From assembly GCA_963674745.2 (NCBI GenBank), contig CAXXDV010000001.1, forward strand, positions 640,001 through 704,000: a stretch of 64,000 nucleotides of DNA. Direction: 5' to 3'. The position numbers and the translations under genes were made by a program. Source of the DNA: Desulfosudaceae bacterium. GTDB taxonomy: Bacteria; Desulfobacterota; Desulfobacteria; Desulfobacterales; Desulfosudaceae. This document shows, one piece after another, positions 45,005 through 55,074 of this stretch (position 1 is its first letter; each line of letters opens with the position of its first letter). The notes under the pieces were generated by a model that saw only the letters and a list, made by a program, of their open reading frames with translations, did no database searches and had not been told where the DNA came from.

Positions 45005-45757
45005 TCAGGGTTTGCCCTTCCATACCAGACGCATCTGATTCAACTTAAAATCCAATGTATTATCAAGAATATACAAATTGGGGATCTCTTCAGCAATAGC
45101 ACCTTCAAGTGATACGTTGGCCTGAACGTGCTCCTTAAACGGAATGGTTAAATCGGCTTTTAACGGAATTTCCGCGGAAAATACCGTTTTAATCGGAATC
45201 TGGAAGACATCATCGATATCGACACTCACGGGCGTGCGCAGTGCCAGGGCAAAATCCTCATGCACCTCAACCTGTTGATCCACGGGTATACTTGTTTTAA
45301 CAGGGATATAGCCTTTTACGGGAACAGAAACGGGGATGCCCAGCACAGACGTCTTGATGACAGTGTCTACAAATACTTCTGTATCAATGGGAATATCGGA
45401 CTTGAAAGGAACGGTCATATAAACCGGGATAGTGGTGTTCAGTTCAATAGGGACATCAAGGGTTTTTTTAAAGGGGATGGAAAAGTGCTGTTGAAATGGG
45501 ACTGTAACGGAAATTGTTTCATTCAGGGGGATATGCAATAGCTGGTCGATTTCAGCCAGCACCGGAAAAGAGGCCGCCATCCGGGCTTTTAAGTATTGCT
45601 GTTCCAGGTTGATTCTCAGGCTGATACGGTCTAAAAAGCCGGTCGCGAAAAAGGCATATGCCATTACCGCGGCCAGAAGGACGGCACCGCATAAAACGCC
45701 CCCCAGCGCGGCGAAAAAAACGCGACCCGTCTTTATCGTGATATGATACTCCCCCAT
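45005..45757 (-). CDS. Single-TM protein with periodic (I/V)P beta-strand repeats, function unknown
   Basis: N-terminal TM followed by ~140 aa of IP/VP-spaced amphipathic strands. Confidence 0.7.
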   Translation of the reverse strand: MGEYHITIKTGRVFFAALGGVLCGAVLLAAVMAYAFFATGFLDRISLRINLEQQYLKARMAASFPVLAEIDQLLHIPLNETISVTVPFQQHFSIPFKKTLDVPIELNTTIPVYMTVPFKSDIPIDTEVFVDTVIKTSVLGIPVSVPVKGYIPVKTSIPVDQQVEVHEDFALALRTPVSVDIDDVFQIPIKTVFSAEIPLKADLTIPFKEHVQANVSLEGAIAEEIPNLYILDNTLDFKLNQMRLVWKGKP

Positions 45758-45811
45758 ATCGCCATTCCGAGTAAACTCAGCGCTTGAACAGGTGACGCAA
45801 TCAGGGCTGAC

Positions 45812-46345
45812 TTACTTTTTGGGCGTTGGAATAACCAGAACCGGAATTCGGCTTTTTTTCAAAACACTTTTGGTCGTAGAACCGGTAACCGCTTCCGCGA
45901 ACCTGTTGTAACGGCCATGTCCCATAACAATCAGGTCACAGTCGTATTTTTTGACGGCCGCGAAAATCTCAGAAACCGGATCTCCCTTTTTTACGATAAT
46001 TTCATCGGCCGGGATATCCTGCTGCTGAAGCTGGGTTTTCACATCTTCACAAAAAACCCCCAGGGCGTCTCTGACGACATCCGCCTCACGGCGTTTTCCG
46101 ATGAGAATATCCCTGGCACTTTCAGCATGTTCATCCTGTTTTTCGTCCAGCTCCCGCATTTTCTCACTGCCTAGAAAAACGGAAAGCATATTTCTGGTGT
46201 TTTCGGGCGGATCATCCCCCATCACATGAAGGATAACGATACTGGCTTTACTCAAGGCGGCAACACTGGTCACATACTGAAAAGAATAGCGGGCATGTTC
46301 GGAAAGATCAGTTGGAAAAAGAATTTTTTTGAATTTTGGGATCAC
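45812..46345 (-). CDS. Universal stress protein
   Basis: KILFPTDLS, G.P..EI...A....CDLIVMG, GS....VL.....PVLVIP; GTG start after GGAGG. Confidence 0.9.
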   Translation of the reverse strand: MIPKFKKILFPTDLSEHARYSFQYVTSVAALSKASIVILHVMGDDPPENTRNMLSVFLGSEKMRELDEKQDEHAESARDILIGKRREADVVRDALGVFCEDVKTQLQQQDIPADEIIVKKGDPVSEIFAAVKKYDCDLIVMGHGRYNRFAEAVTGSTTKSVLKKSRIPVLVIPTPKK

Positions 46346-46395
46346 CGTGAACCCTCCCCACACTTTAAATTACATATTATCATATTTTAATTACA

Positions 46396-47790
46396 TCAAC
46401 TCTTCTGGCCTGCCCTGTATTCCTCGAGGGCTTTGAGCACCCGGTCCATCAACTCCTTGGAAAAGGCCTTACCGGCCAGTTTTTCCCTGGTTTTTATGCC
46501 GGCCTGCCGGATCGTTTCCATGTCCTGGGGAGAAAGGGTAACCGGCTTGATACCGCATTTCTCTTCAAAGGCCTTCAGGCTTTTGGCTTCATAAATCCGG
46601 CTCTGTCGTTTCCATTCGTCTTCCAGTGTGTTGACCTCATACACCAGCATCTCCTGAATGTTATAGGCAAATGTTTCAGAAACGTTAAACTGTTTTTTCA
46701 GCCTTTCTTTGGTGTTGATGCTGACAATAGCAGCGCCGGGAGAATAAAGCCAGGGCTGTTTAACATAATAGTTCACATATTGATAAGCCTGCATGCCCAG
46801 CATCCAGGCCGAAGGCGACAGGTTCGTGTTGGCCAAACCCGTGCTGAGGGCAGAAATAAGTTCCGGCACCGCCACGGGTGTGGCATCAATACCAAGCTCT
46901 TTAAAAAACGTGGTTTCCACCTCACCGAACCACGTCGATACTTTCTGTTTCCGGATATCCGCCAGGCTGGAAATCTTGTTTTTGGAAAACAGATAAAAAT
47001 TACCGGTATCGATCAGGGCGGAAAGGATGTAACCCCGTTTTTCACAGGCGGCGTCCAGCTCTTTTCTGAACTTCTTTAATATATAATCCACCTCATCATA
47101 GTTTCTGAACAAACCGGGAACCAGAAGCACGGATGTCTCCGGGGAGGCCGCCAGAATGCCCAGCGCGGTGCAGCCGCAGCAGTCAATCTGGCCGATGTCC
47201 ATTTTTCGCAGGATATCGGTGTCTTCCCCCATTACACCGCCGGAGTAAATTTTCATGGCCACCTTGCCGCCGCTCAACTTATCCATCTGGGGCATGAGCA
47301 CATTTTCCGGCAAATTCAGCCAGGGGGTACCCGCCGGGGCCAGGGTGGCGATGGTGATGACCATTCTTTCACCGTCGGGAATAGTAGCCGACCCCGCCTT
47401 CCAGACCATGGCACGGACCTCTTCCCAGTCCATATGAGGTGTCAGCAGTTTTTCAACCCGCCCGGGCACTTCCTGCAGGATATACCGGGAGGTCCTGATC
47501 TCTTCCAGAATATTAAGAAGCATCTTTTCCATGACCTGGTCTTTGAGCTCGGCCTTGGTAATGGCGCCATTACTCAGCATCGCCTTTAAAGAGGCCTGCT
47601 TTTTCTGTAACGCCGGGCTGAAATCTTTGCCGGTCAATAAGGCCTTGATACTCTCATATAAAGTTGCCTGCGCCTCTGCTTTGGAAAGGTCCGCCGCAAC
47701 CGCTGTTGCTGAAAAAACGAATAGCAGACAAAAAACCATGGCGATGAATAAGCGGCACCGCCTTATTAATTTAGATGAAGCATCACCCAT
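46396..47790 (-). CDS. dctP: Second DctP-family binding protein with N-terminal extension
   Basis: IATLAPAGTPW and YSGGVMGED preceded by ~110 extra helical residues after the signal peptide. Confidence 0.85.
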   Translation of the reverse strand: MGDASSKLIRRCRLFIAMVFCLLFVFSATAVAADLSKAEAQATLYESIKALLTGKDFSPALQKKQASLKAMLSNGAITKAELKDQVMEKMLLNILEEIRTSRYILQEVPGRVEKLLTPHMDWEEVRAMVWKAGSATIPDGERMVITIATLAPAGTPWLNLPENVLMPQMDKLSGGKVAMKIYSGGVMGEDTDILRKMDIGQIDCCGCTALGILAASPETSVLLVPGLFRNYDEVDYILKKFRKELDAACEKRGYILSALIDTGNFYLFSKNKISSLADIRKQKVSTWFGEVETTFFKELGIDATPVAVPELISALSTGLANTNLSPSAWMLGMQAYQYVNYYVKQPWLYSPGAAIVSINTKERLKKQFNVSETFAYNIQEMLVYEVNTLEDEWKRQSRIYEAKSLKAFEEKCGIKPVTLSPQDMETIRQAGIKTREKLAGKAFSKELMDRVLKALEEYRAGQKS

Positions 47791-48114
47791 GACCGATCTC
47801 CTTTCATGCCCATATTCTTTTATACATCCCGATAATAAAAAAAAGCGGAATCTGCCTTAACAAAATTCATTTTGGTAAAAGATGTTCACCCCCGGTCAGA
47901 AAACACAGCACCGTAAAATTTTTTCCTGTTTACCATGTTTGCAAATGGTTGTCAAAACAATCCACACGCCTGGAAACCGGTTATTTCGGGCCAGCCATTT
48001 GCAGGCACAAATTTGTTTATGGCAGACTGCGGGGCGGCAGGGAAAAACAGAAATGACGGATTCATGAACAAACTGAACAATTAAGGGCATCTCTAAAGAA
48101 GGGCCCTTAAGGCG

Positions 48115-49407
48115 TTATTGGGGTCGTTTCACAGCCAGCAGCAGAACGGCCGCGACAATATCCAGAGCGATGAATAAAACGTAAGCCGTGTTATAAGAGC
48201 CGGTCAGATCGAAACTCAGACCGGCGATAATATACCCGCTCATCTGGAGCACCAGAAAAACAGCCATAAACCGGAATACCGATGCGAATGACGTTCTGCC
48301 GAAAAGATCGGCCACAATAATGGGGTAAGTCGCCATCACCCCGCCCATGGCAAACCCGAATAAAAAAATAAAAACGCCCACCGCCACTGCAGAATCCGCT
48401 ACCAGAGCCGCCACCAGGCCGATGCCGTTGGCGATCATGATGGCGGAAACCACCCGGAGGGGGTTGATAAAATCGCACAGCATGCCCCAGCTGTACTTGC
48501 CAAGCGCGCCGAAAAGGGCCGTCACGGCCATTAATGTCATGGCGGTTGTATCGGAAAAGCCGACATCCACGAACCTGGGTTTTAACTGGGACATGACACC
48601 GACCACCCCGGTCATGACCAGGGTATAGGCAAACCCCACCTGCCAGAAAGCAGGCACCCTGATCAGCCGGCCCAGGGTCCAGTTGTGATGCGCGTCGGGG
48701 CGGCCTTCGGCCGGGGAAACGCTCGTGCCGGTAACGTTTATGCCGGGGGTCGGCAAAACTTCTGCGCCATTATCCATGGCATACAGATCGGTTGCATCAC
48801 CATCCGGGAACAGCCCGCGCTGTTCGGGCCAGTCCACCACCACCAGCCAGAACAAGGGTGCAAAGGCCAGAACCGCCGCTCCGATGGCCACGGAAGCGCC
48901 GGTCATGCCCATACGTAAAACCAGGGCCATGGCAATAAGGGGCAGAACCGCGCCGGAAAACGAAATCCCGGAGGTCGCGATGCCCATGGCTTTGCCTCTT
49001 TTTCGGATAAACCAGTTGTTGACGGCCGAATTGGCGACAATGCCGCCGTAAGCACCGTTTCCGACAAACAGCAGGACATAATAAAAATAAAACAGCCACA
49101 GATGGGACGTATTAAAAAGCATCATAAACGCCAGGCCGCCGACAATGGACCCGGCCACCATCAGTCGTTTCACCCCCAGGCGCATGACCAGCGTGCCGTA
49201 GATAAATTGGCCGAAAAACCCGAAAGGAGTGCCGATCACCAGGGCCATGTTGACCTGGGTACGGGTCCAGCCGTAAGCGTCACAAAGCGGCTCCATAAAA
49301 GCGTTAAAGGCATAAAAACCCGTGCCAACGGACATGAAATTGGCGATAAAGGCCACCGCCACGATGTACCAGCCGTAAAAAAGCCGTTCCGGACGGTCAC
49401 CACTCAT
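48115..49407 (-). CDS. MFS transporter
   Basis: FYGW.IV, WF.RKRG.AMG, ~12 TM segments. Confidence 0.9.
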   Translation of the reverse strand: MSGDRPERLFYGWYIVAVAFIANFMSVGTGFYAFNAFMEPLCDAYGWTRTQVNMALVIGTPFGFFGQFIYGTLVMRLGVKRLMVAGSIVGGLAFMMLFNTSHLWLFYFYYVLLFVGNGAYGGIVANSAVNNWFIRKRGKAMGIATSGISFSGAVLPLIAMALVLRMGMTGASVAIGAAVLAFAPLFWLVVVDWPEQRGLFPDGDATDLYAMDNGAEVLPTPGINVTGTSVSPAEGRPDAHHNWTLGRLIRVPAFWQVGFAYTLVMTGVVGVMSQLKPRFVDVGFSDTTAMTLMAVTALFGALGKYSWGMLCDFINPLRVVSAIMIANGIGLVAALVADSAVAVGVFIFLFGFAMGGVMATYPIIVADLFGRTSFASVFRFMAVFLVLQMSGYIIAGLSFDLTGSYNTAYVLFIALDIVAAVLLLAVKRPQ

Positions 49408-49472
49408 GAAGATTTTCCTGTCTTAAAAATTCACCCGTTAATTCAGCCTTATCCTCGCCGCGCAGGCGGCCT

Positions 49473-50288
49473 TTACTCAACCCCTTCAGGCATGGGCACC
49501 ATGGGTTCACCGCCCAGCACATAGCCGCCGTCCAGCCGCAGCACACTGCCCGTCATAAAAGGCGCATCCTGGAGGATAAACAGCACCGCCCTGACCACGT
49601 CTTCCGGCCGACCGGTCCGGCCGACCAGGGTGTGATCGATAATGGCCTGTTTCTGCATTTCGGTCAGCAGTCCCCAGCCGCGGGTCTGCTGCGCGTGCCG
49701 GGTATCGACAAAACCCAGCATGATTTCATTGACCCGCACCTCGGGTGCGCCCATGCGGGCCCATGTTTCCGTCAACAGGGAGACACCCCGGCAGGCAGCA
49801 GCGTAACCGTCGTTAAAGACCGGCGCTGCCGGGCCGGAACGCCCGACCATCCCCGCGATAGAAGAAAAATTAATGACCACCCCCCGACCGGATTTTTTCA
49901 GATGCGGCAGTGCCGCCTGAAACACCCATTGCTTGGCCCGCAGGGTGGTGGCCAGCTCCATGTCCCACTGGCTCTGGTTATAGGCGCCATGAACAACCGG
50001 CCAGCCGCCGCGCTCGATATTATTGATCAGAATATCAAGACCGTCGAAACGGCTGACCACCTGATCGATCAGCCCGGGAATTTTTCCGGTGTGGTTTAAA
50101 TCAATGCGCCGGATCAGATGCTCCGCTCCGGTTTCGGCAAAGGCCGCTTCCATGTCGGGAAAATGGTCTTCCCAGTCATGCCAGGTCAGTGCCAGACGAA
50201 CGCCCCGCCGGGCCAGGGCCAAACCGATTTCACGGCCGATCCCCTTAACGGCGCCCAGCACCAGGGCGGTTTTACCCTCCAGGTCCAT
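49473..50288 (-). CDS. Atypical SDR-family oxidoreductase
   Basis: ALVLGAVKGIG, LDILINN, VRVN.I..G, FMTGS.L.LDGG; YAAAC instead of YxxxK. Confidence 0.85.
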   Translation of the reverse strand: MDLEGKTALVLGAVKGIGREIGLALARRGVRLALTWHDWEDHFPDMEAAFAETGAEHLIRRIDLNHTGKIPGLIDQVVSRFDGLDILINNIERGGWPVVHGAYNQSQWDMELATTLRAKQWVFQAALPHLKKSGRGVVINFSSIAGMVGRSGPAAPVFNDGYAAACRGVSLLTETWARMGAPEVRVNEIMLGFVDTRHAQQTRGWGLLTEMQKQAIIDHTLVGRTGRPEDVVRAVLFILQDAPFMTGSVLRLDGGYVLGGEPMVPMPEGVE

Positions 50289-50290
50289 CC

Positions 50291-51031
50291 TTACTCCTGC
50301 TTTTCCGGAAACAGTATATGGCGTGTCCAGACCAGCGCCAGTTCAAGAAGCGCCCCGTCGTCCATGGACGACTGCGCCGGATCGACCTTCTCCATCCCGG
50401 CCTCGGCCAGCCTTCCGGTTTCGAAAATCTCGCTTCGAAATCGATCCAGGTCATAACAACCGGTATAAAAGATATTGGCTTCCGCCAGGCTCAAGGTTCT
50501 GCCCGGCGCGAGCCGGTTTTTGGCACTGATGATTTCCATCATCAGATCGTTCATACGGTTGTATTCGGCCAACCCCTGGTCCATGATCCACTGCCGTACG
50601 GTCTGCGTCCCGCCCTGCTCAAAGCCCCGGCAGTGGTCTTCCTGGATCAGAAAATACCGTTCACTGATCTGCCCGGTTTCCCTGGCCCTGGACGCAAGGC
50701 GGATCAGGGGATACGTTCGACATGATGACGGTCGATCATCATAAACCCCGCATCCCTCCGGCGTCACAAACGGACAACGGGTATCATCCGGCGATTCGCT
50801 TTTCAGCGACACAATAACAAGCCCCGTTTCTCCGCCCGTCTGCTGCCGGGTATAACGGGCCAGAAACTCGGAAGAGAACAGGCCCAGCCCCTGCTTGAGA
50901 CGCAAAATATCATACGGGGTCAAAAACTGTACCAGGTCGCCGCAGCACTGGTTAAAACAGGTCACCTTCGGATGACAGGCAAACTGGAAGGTATCATCCA
51001 GCGACAACTCTACGGGTTCATAATCAACCAT
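50291..51031 (-). CDS. YkgJ-family cysteine-cluster protein
   Basis: C....CFN.CC, LTPYD, CPF....C.VY.DRP..CR.YP. Confidence 0.9.
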   Translation of the reverse strand: MVDYEPVELSLDDTFQFACHPKVTCFNQCCGDLVQFLTPYDILRLKQGLGLFSSEFLARYTRQQTGGETGLVIVSLKSESPDDTRCPFVTPEGCGVYDDRPSSCRTYPLIRLASRARETGQISERYFLIQEDHCRGFEQGGTQTVRQWIMDQGLAEYNRMNDLMMEIISAKNRLAPGRTLSLAEANIFYTGCYDLDRFRSEIFETGRLAEAGMEKVDPAQSSMDDGALLELALVWTRHILFPEKQE

Positions 51032-51096
51032 ATAAATATTAAATCTTCTCCAATAACAACCTGACTTCTAAAAACTTTATTGAGGACGGCTTCATC

Positions 51097-51621
51097 CTAT
51101 TCCCCTTCGAACTCCACCAGGGTAAATATGGAATACCCCTTGATCTTGTCCTTGCCCTTTAAATCCGGCAGATCAATGACAAAAGCGCATTCCACCACTT
51201 CGCCGCCCAGTTTTTCCACCAGATCAACGGCGGCCTTAATGGTACCGCCGGTAGCAATCAGGTCGTCCATGATCAGCACCCGGTCGCCCTTTTTAAGGGC
51301 ATCTTCGTGAATCTCAATACTGTCTTCCCCGTATTCCAGCGCGTAGGACTGGCTGACGGTTTTATACGGCAGTTTGCCCTTTTTGCGGACCGGCACAAAC
51401 GGCAGGCCCATTTTATACGCCAGCGGCGCGCCGAAAATCAGGCCCCGGGCGTCAATCCCCAGGATGGCGTCAATTTTCATTCCCTGATAACGGTCATAAA
51501 AACAGTCGATGACTTCTTTAAACACCGCCGGATCCTGCAGCAAAGTCGTAATATCCCGAAACATAACCCCCTCGACCGGCCAGTTGGGTACGGTCCTGAT
51601 AGCATTTTTTACTTTCTCCAT
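51097..51621 (-). CDS. apt: Adenine phosphoribosyltransferase
   Basis: G..FRDITT, VRKKGKLP, Y.LEYG, DDLIATGGT. Confidence 0.97.
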   Translation of the reverse strand: MEKVKNAIRTVPNWPVEGVMFRDITTLLQDPAVFKEVIDCFYDRYQGMKIDAILGIDARGLIFGAPLAYKMGLPFVPVRKKGKLPYKTVSQSYALEYGEDSIEIHEDALKKGDRVLIMDDLIATGGTIKAAVDLVEKLGGEVVECAFVIDLPDLKGKDKIKGYSIFTLVEFEGE

Positions 51622-51635
51622 TCGGTCCCCCTTAT

Positions 51636-52385
51636 TTATATTTTGGCAATTGAGGCTAACAACAACTGCCTCACTTTTTCGGCGTTACTGTTGAACACAT
51701 CCATGATCTCTTTCCAGGTCACCGGCTCCTCATCTTCTTTCCAGCAGTCATAATCGGTCGACATGGCCACCGCCGCGTAGGGAATTTCAGCCTCATTGGC
51801 CAGGGCCGCTTCCGTGGCCACGGTCATATTAATGACGTCCGCGCCCCAGGCCCGAAACATTTTCGATTCCGCCCGGGTGGAAAACCGGGGGCCTTCAATG
51901 GTTACCACCGTGCCCCTGTCATGCACGGGCAAGTCCATTTCTTTGGCACATTCAATCATCACCCGGCGCAATTCTCCGTCAAAAGGATCGGCCATGGGCG
52001 TGTGCGCACTCATATCATTATCGGCGAAGGAATCAAAAAAAGTGTTATCCCTTTTCTTTGCAAAATCAATAAACTGGTCCAGAATAACAAAATGACCGCG
52101 GTCGATCTTTTCACGCAAACTGCCGCAGGCGGTAGTGGCCAGGATATGGGTCACGCCATGATCCTTCATGGCCTGAATGTTGGCCCGGTAATTGATCCCG
52201 GAAGGTGAATGCTGATGCTCTTTCCCGTGCCGGGGCAAAAGCACAACCTCTACGCCCTCGATCTTGCCACAGGTCAATGGCGCCGAAGGCTCGCCAAAAA
52301 TGGTCATCACTTCGTCTTCATGATACTCGCTCAACAGACCCGGATCATCCAGCCCGGATCCCCCGATAATCCCTATTTTTTTCAT
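51636..52385 (-). CDS. mtnP: S-methyl-5'-thioadenosine phosphorylase
   Basis: GIIGGSG, RHG..H..P..INYRAN, EGPRFSTRAES, TDYDCW. Confidence 0.92.
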   Translation of the reverse strand: MKKIGIIGGSGLDDPGLLSEYHEDEVMTIFGEPSAPLTCGKIEGVEVVLLPRHGKEHQHSPSGINYRANIQAMKDHGVTHILATTACGSLREKIDRGHFVILDQFIDFAKKRDNTFFDSFADNDMSAHTPMADPFDGELRRVMIECAKEMDLPVHDRGTVVTIEGPRFSTRAESKMFRAWGADVINMTVATEAALANEAEIPYAAVAMSTDYDCWKEDEEPVTWKEIMDVFNSNAEKVRQLLLASIAKI

Positions 52386-52540
52386 GTTCCACCCTGTTCC
52401 TGGTTAAAATTATAAAGAACGCTTCCACCCCAAAATTCATGGGTGGAAAAACCCGTTTGCCCGGATTGCGTGCATTAATCTCTGTTGAAATAGTATAAAT
52501 GCTACATATTGTCAAGATATTGCGCCAGTTAGCCTCTTCC

Positions 52541-52592
52541 CGTCACCGGACTCCGATTTATACTGGATCCCCCGGACAAGCTGGAGGATGGC
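52541..52592. repeat. Degenerate CGTC-type REP-like element
   Basis: CGTCA... CTGGATCCCCCGGACAAGCTGGAGGATG resembles the reverse complement of the 60350-60381 unit. Confidence 0.45.
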
Positions 52593-52889
52593 TATGGGAA
52601 AGGCAACAGACTTCCCAGTTACTTCCCACTAATGTTTTCAGGCCCCTTACTTGTCATAAAAACCGACCGTCCCCCGTGTCGCCAATGCCGCCCATAACCA
52701 TAACATCAAGATATAACTGCGATATAATGCCTATGGGAATCATCAGGGCTAATTCGCTGTATTTTTTACCGAAAAACATTTTTCTTGACTGCGCGGTCAA
52801 ATTTTGTTATAAAAATATATCATTTCGCGAATTATTATCCGTATAATCGCACACTCTATGCCACGCAAAAATGGGGGGGGGAAGGCACT

Positions 52890-53252
52890 GTGAAGCTCTG
52901 GTCAAGAGGTCTTGGAAAGACCGAAATCTACATGGATTTTCGCTATTACAAAACCATCAAAGACCCCGATACCGGGCAGATGATGATCATCGGCAGCATG
53001 CAGGACCCGGTCAACTGGGAATTTAAAGTAATTCTACAGCCGGAAGATATAGGCGGCGTCATGAAGTCCATGTTCAACCTGCCGATGATTTTTTTTATCC
53101 TCAGAAATCTCCACCAGTATGTGATCTACCTGTTCAAGCGCAAACAGTTCAACAACAGCCAGGAAAATATCGTGGAAAAAGTCAACACCGCCTATGAACA
53201 GATAATGAAGGCTCAGGATCAGAAACAGCGCCAGCAGCGATTTTCGTTTTAA
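52890..53252 (+). CDS. Hypothetical protein
   Basis: GTG start after a purine-rich RBS, host-like codon usage, leads the oxidoreductase cluster. Confidence 0.7.
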   Translation: MKLWSRGLGKTEIYMDFRYYKTIKDPDTGQMMIIGSMQDPVNWEFKVILQPEDIGGVMKSMFNLPMIFFILRNLHQYVIYLFKRKQFNNSQENIVEKVNTAYEQIMKAQDQKQRQQRFSF

Positions 53253-53317
53253 GCGTCTTTATATTTGAACCAAAACGCCTTTGGGCGCAACCTGTTTTTT
53301 ATCAAAGGAGGAAAACC

Positions 53318-55039
53318 ATGCCGGATTATGATGTCATCGTCATCGGCGGGGGCATAAACGGCCTGACCTGTGCCGCCTATCTGGGAAAAGCCGGGCTTAA
53401 AACCCTCCTCATCGAAGCCAGGGGCGAATGCGGCGCCCATTGTGACACCGTAGAAGCAAGCATCCCCGGTTATCTCTTTAATCTTCACGCCGTCTGGATG
53501 ATCACGCCCATCAGCCCGGCCATGGTGGACCTGGAGCTGGAAAAGTACGGGCTGGAATGGCGGACCACCGAATACGCCTGGGCCAAGACCTTTGCCGACG
53601 GCAAGAACATGCTGTCAGGCAACGATCCCTTTCTGACCGTTGACAAGGCCGGCCGGCATTCGGCCAGGGACGCCAAAACCATCCACAAGGGCATCAATTT
53701 CTTTATGGACAATCTGTACGAAGCCTGCCAGGTGATGCACGATTATATCTTTACCGCCCCCAGCCAGGCCAACGTAAAAAAAGTGACCGACATCGTCGAC
53801 CGATTCTTCCGGGCCGCCAAGGTCAATTGCAGCGGCGAAAAATTCATGCAGATGAACGGATACGAAATCCTGGACATTCTTTTTGAATCCGAATACGTCA
53901 AGACCACGGCCCATGCCCTCTCCTGGATCGGTGCCTATAACCCCCTGCAAAAACAGATCGGGGCCATGGGCTCGGCCCTGATCGGCCTGCTGCTGGGGCC
54001 TTTTTTCCCCTCGGTGGTGGTCAAAGGCGGTTCCCACGAGTTGACCCATGTGCTGGTCCAGGCCTGTATCGATAACGGCGTCACCGTCATGCCCAACTGC
54101 CCGGTCAAAACCATCATCACCGAAAACAATCGCGCCGGCGGCGTTATCCTGTCCGATCGGGCCCTTTATCCCGGGGAAACCATCACCGCCCAAAAAGTGG
54201 TCAGCAACGTCACCGCCGGACCTACTTTCCTGGACATGATCGGCGAGGACAAGCTGGGGCCGGACATGACCGCCCGGCTGAAAAAATTCGACTATGACGA
54301 GCAGAACCTGTTCACGGTCCACTTTGCGTTAAACGGTCAGCCTCAGTTTGCGTCGGCCGAATACGATGACGGTATTCAGCGGGCCTACATGGGTTATATG
54401 GGCGGAGAGACATCCGCCGAAATGATGCGCTTCGGCCGGAATATCGCCCCGGACAAGCGCCGTATCCACGACGACATCATCTGCAACTATTTTATTACCA
54501 CCCTGGCCGACCCGCTCCAGGCGCCGGCCGGATGCCACACCACCCACATGTGGCTGGACGTGCCGCCCGACCCGGCGGAATGGAAATTCGGACCGCTCAA
54601 GGGGTTTTCCGACTGGGACAGCCTCAAACAGGGCCTGGCCGACCAGATGACCGATACTTACGAAAAATATGCCCCGGGCTTCAAGTCACTGATCAAAGAC
54701 CGGCTGATCTACACGCCCCTGGACATGTACCGCAACAACCCATCGGCCGTCAAAGGCAACTGGGCCGGCGGCTCGCTGACACCCGGGCAGTACTACGAAA
54801 ACCGGCCGGTAGCCGGGGTCATCACCGGCGGCGGCACCCGCACCTTTATCGAAAACCTTTACCTGTCTAACTCCGTGCACCATTTTTCCAATTCGTCCCT
54901 GGCGTCCGGATATATCGCCGCCTGCGACGTGGCCGAGGACATGAATGCCAGAAACCAGGACTGGTGGCAGAGCCAGGGATTTCACTGGTACCTCCAGAAC
55001 TGCTCACGATTTCCCCGGGACCTGGGGGTGAATCCATAG
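53318..55039 (+). CDS. CrtI/phytoene dehydrogenase (COG1233)-family FAD oxidoreductase
   Basis: IGGG.NGL.CAAYL...E.R, P...GGS, TPLD..R.N, T.IENLYL. Confidence 0.88.
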   Translation: MPDYDVIVIGGGINGLTCAAYLGKAGLKTLLIEARGECGAHCDTVEASIPGYLFNLHAVWMITPISPAMVDLELEKYGLEWRTTEYAWAKTFADGKNMLSGNDPFLTVDKAGRHSARDAKTIHKGINFFMDNLYEACQVMHDYIFTAPSQANVKKVTDIVDRFFRAAKVNCSGEKFMQMNGYEILDILFESEYVKTTAHALSWIGAYNPLQKQIGAMGSALIGLLLGPFFPSVVVKGGSHELTHVLVQACIDNGVTVMPNCPVKTIITENNRAGGVILSDRALYPGETITAQKVVSNVTAGPTFLDMIGEDKLGPDMTARLKKFDYDEQNLFTVHFALNGQPQFASAEYDDGIQRAYMGYMGGETSAEMMRFGRNIAPDKRRIHDDIICNYFITTLADPLQAPAGCHTTHMWLDVPPDPAEWKFGPLKGFSDWDSLKQGLADQMTDTYEKYAPGFKSLIKDRLIYTPLDMYRNNPSAVKGNWAGGSLTPGQYYENRPVAGVITGGGTRTFIENLYLSNSVHHFSNSSLASGYIAACDVAEDMNARNQDWWQSQGFHWYLQNCSRFPRDLGVNP

Positions 55040-55074
55040 CCGCTTAACGTCAACACCTTTTGGGAGGTATGCCC

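Noticed and set aside
52873..52881. G9 tract (and G8 at 1678-1685) as phase-variable switch
   Set aside because: Both lie in RBS regions outside coding frames; no evidence of variation without reads.
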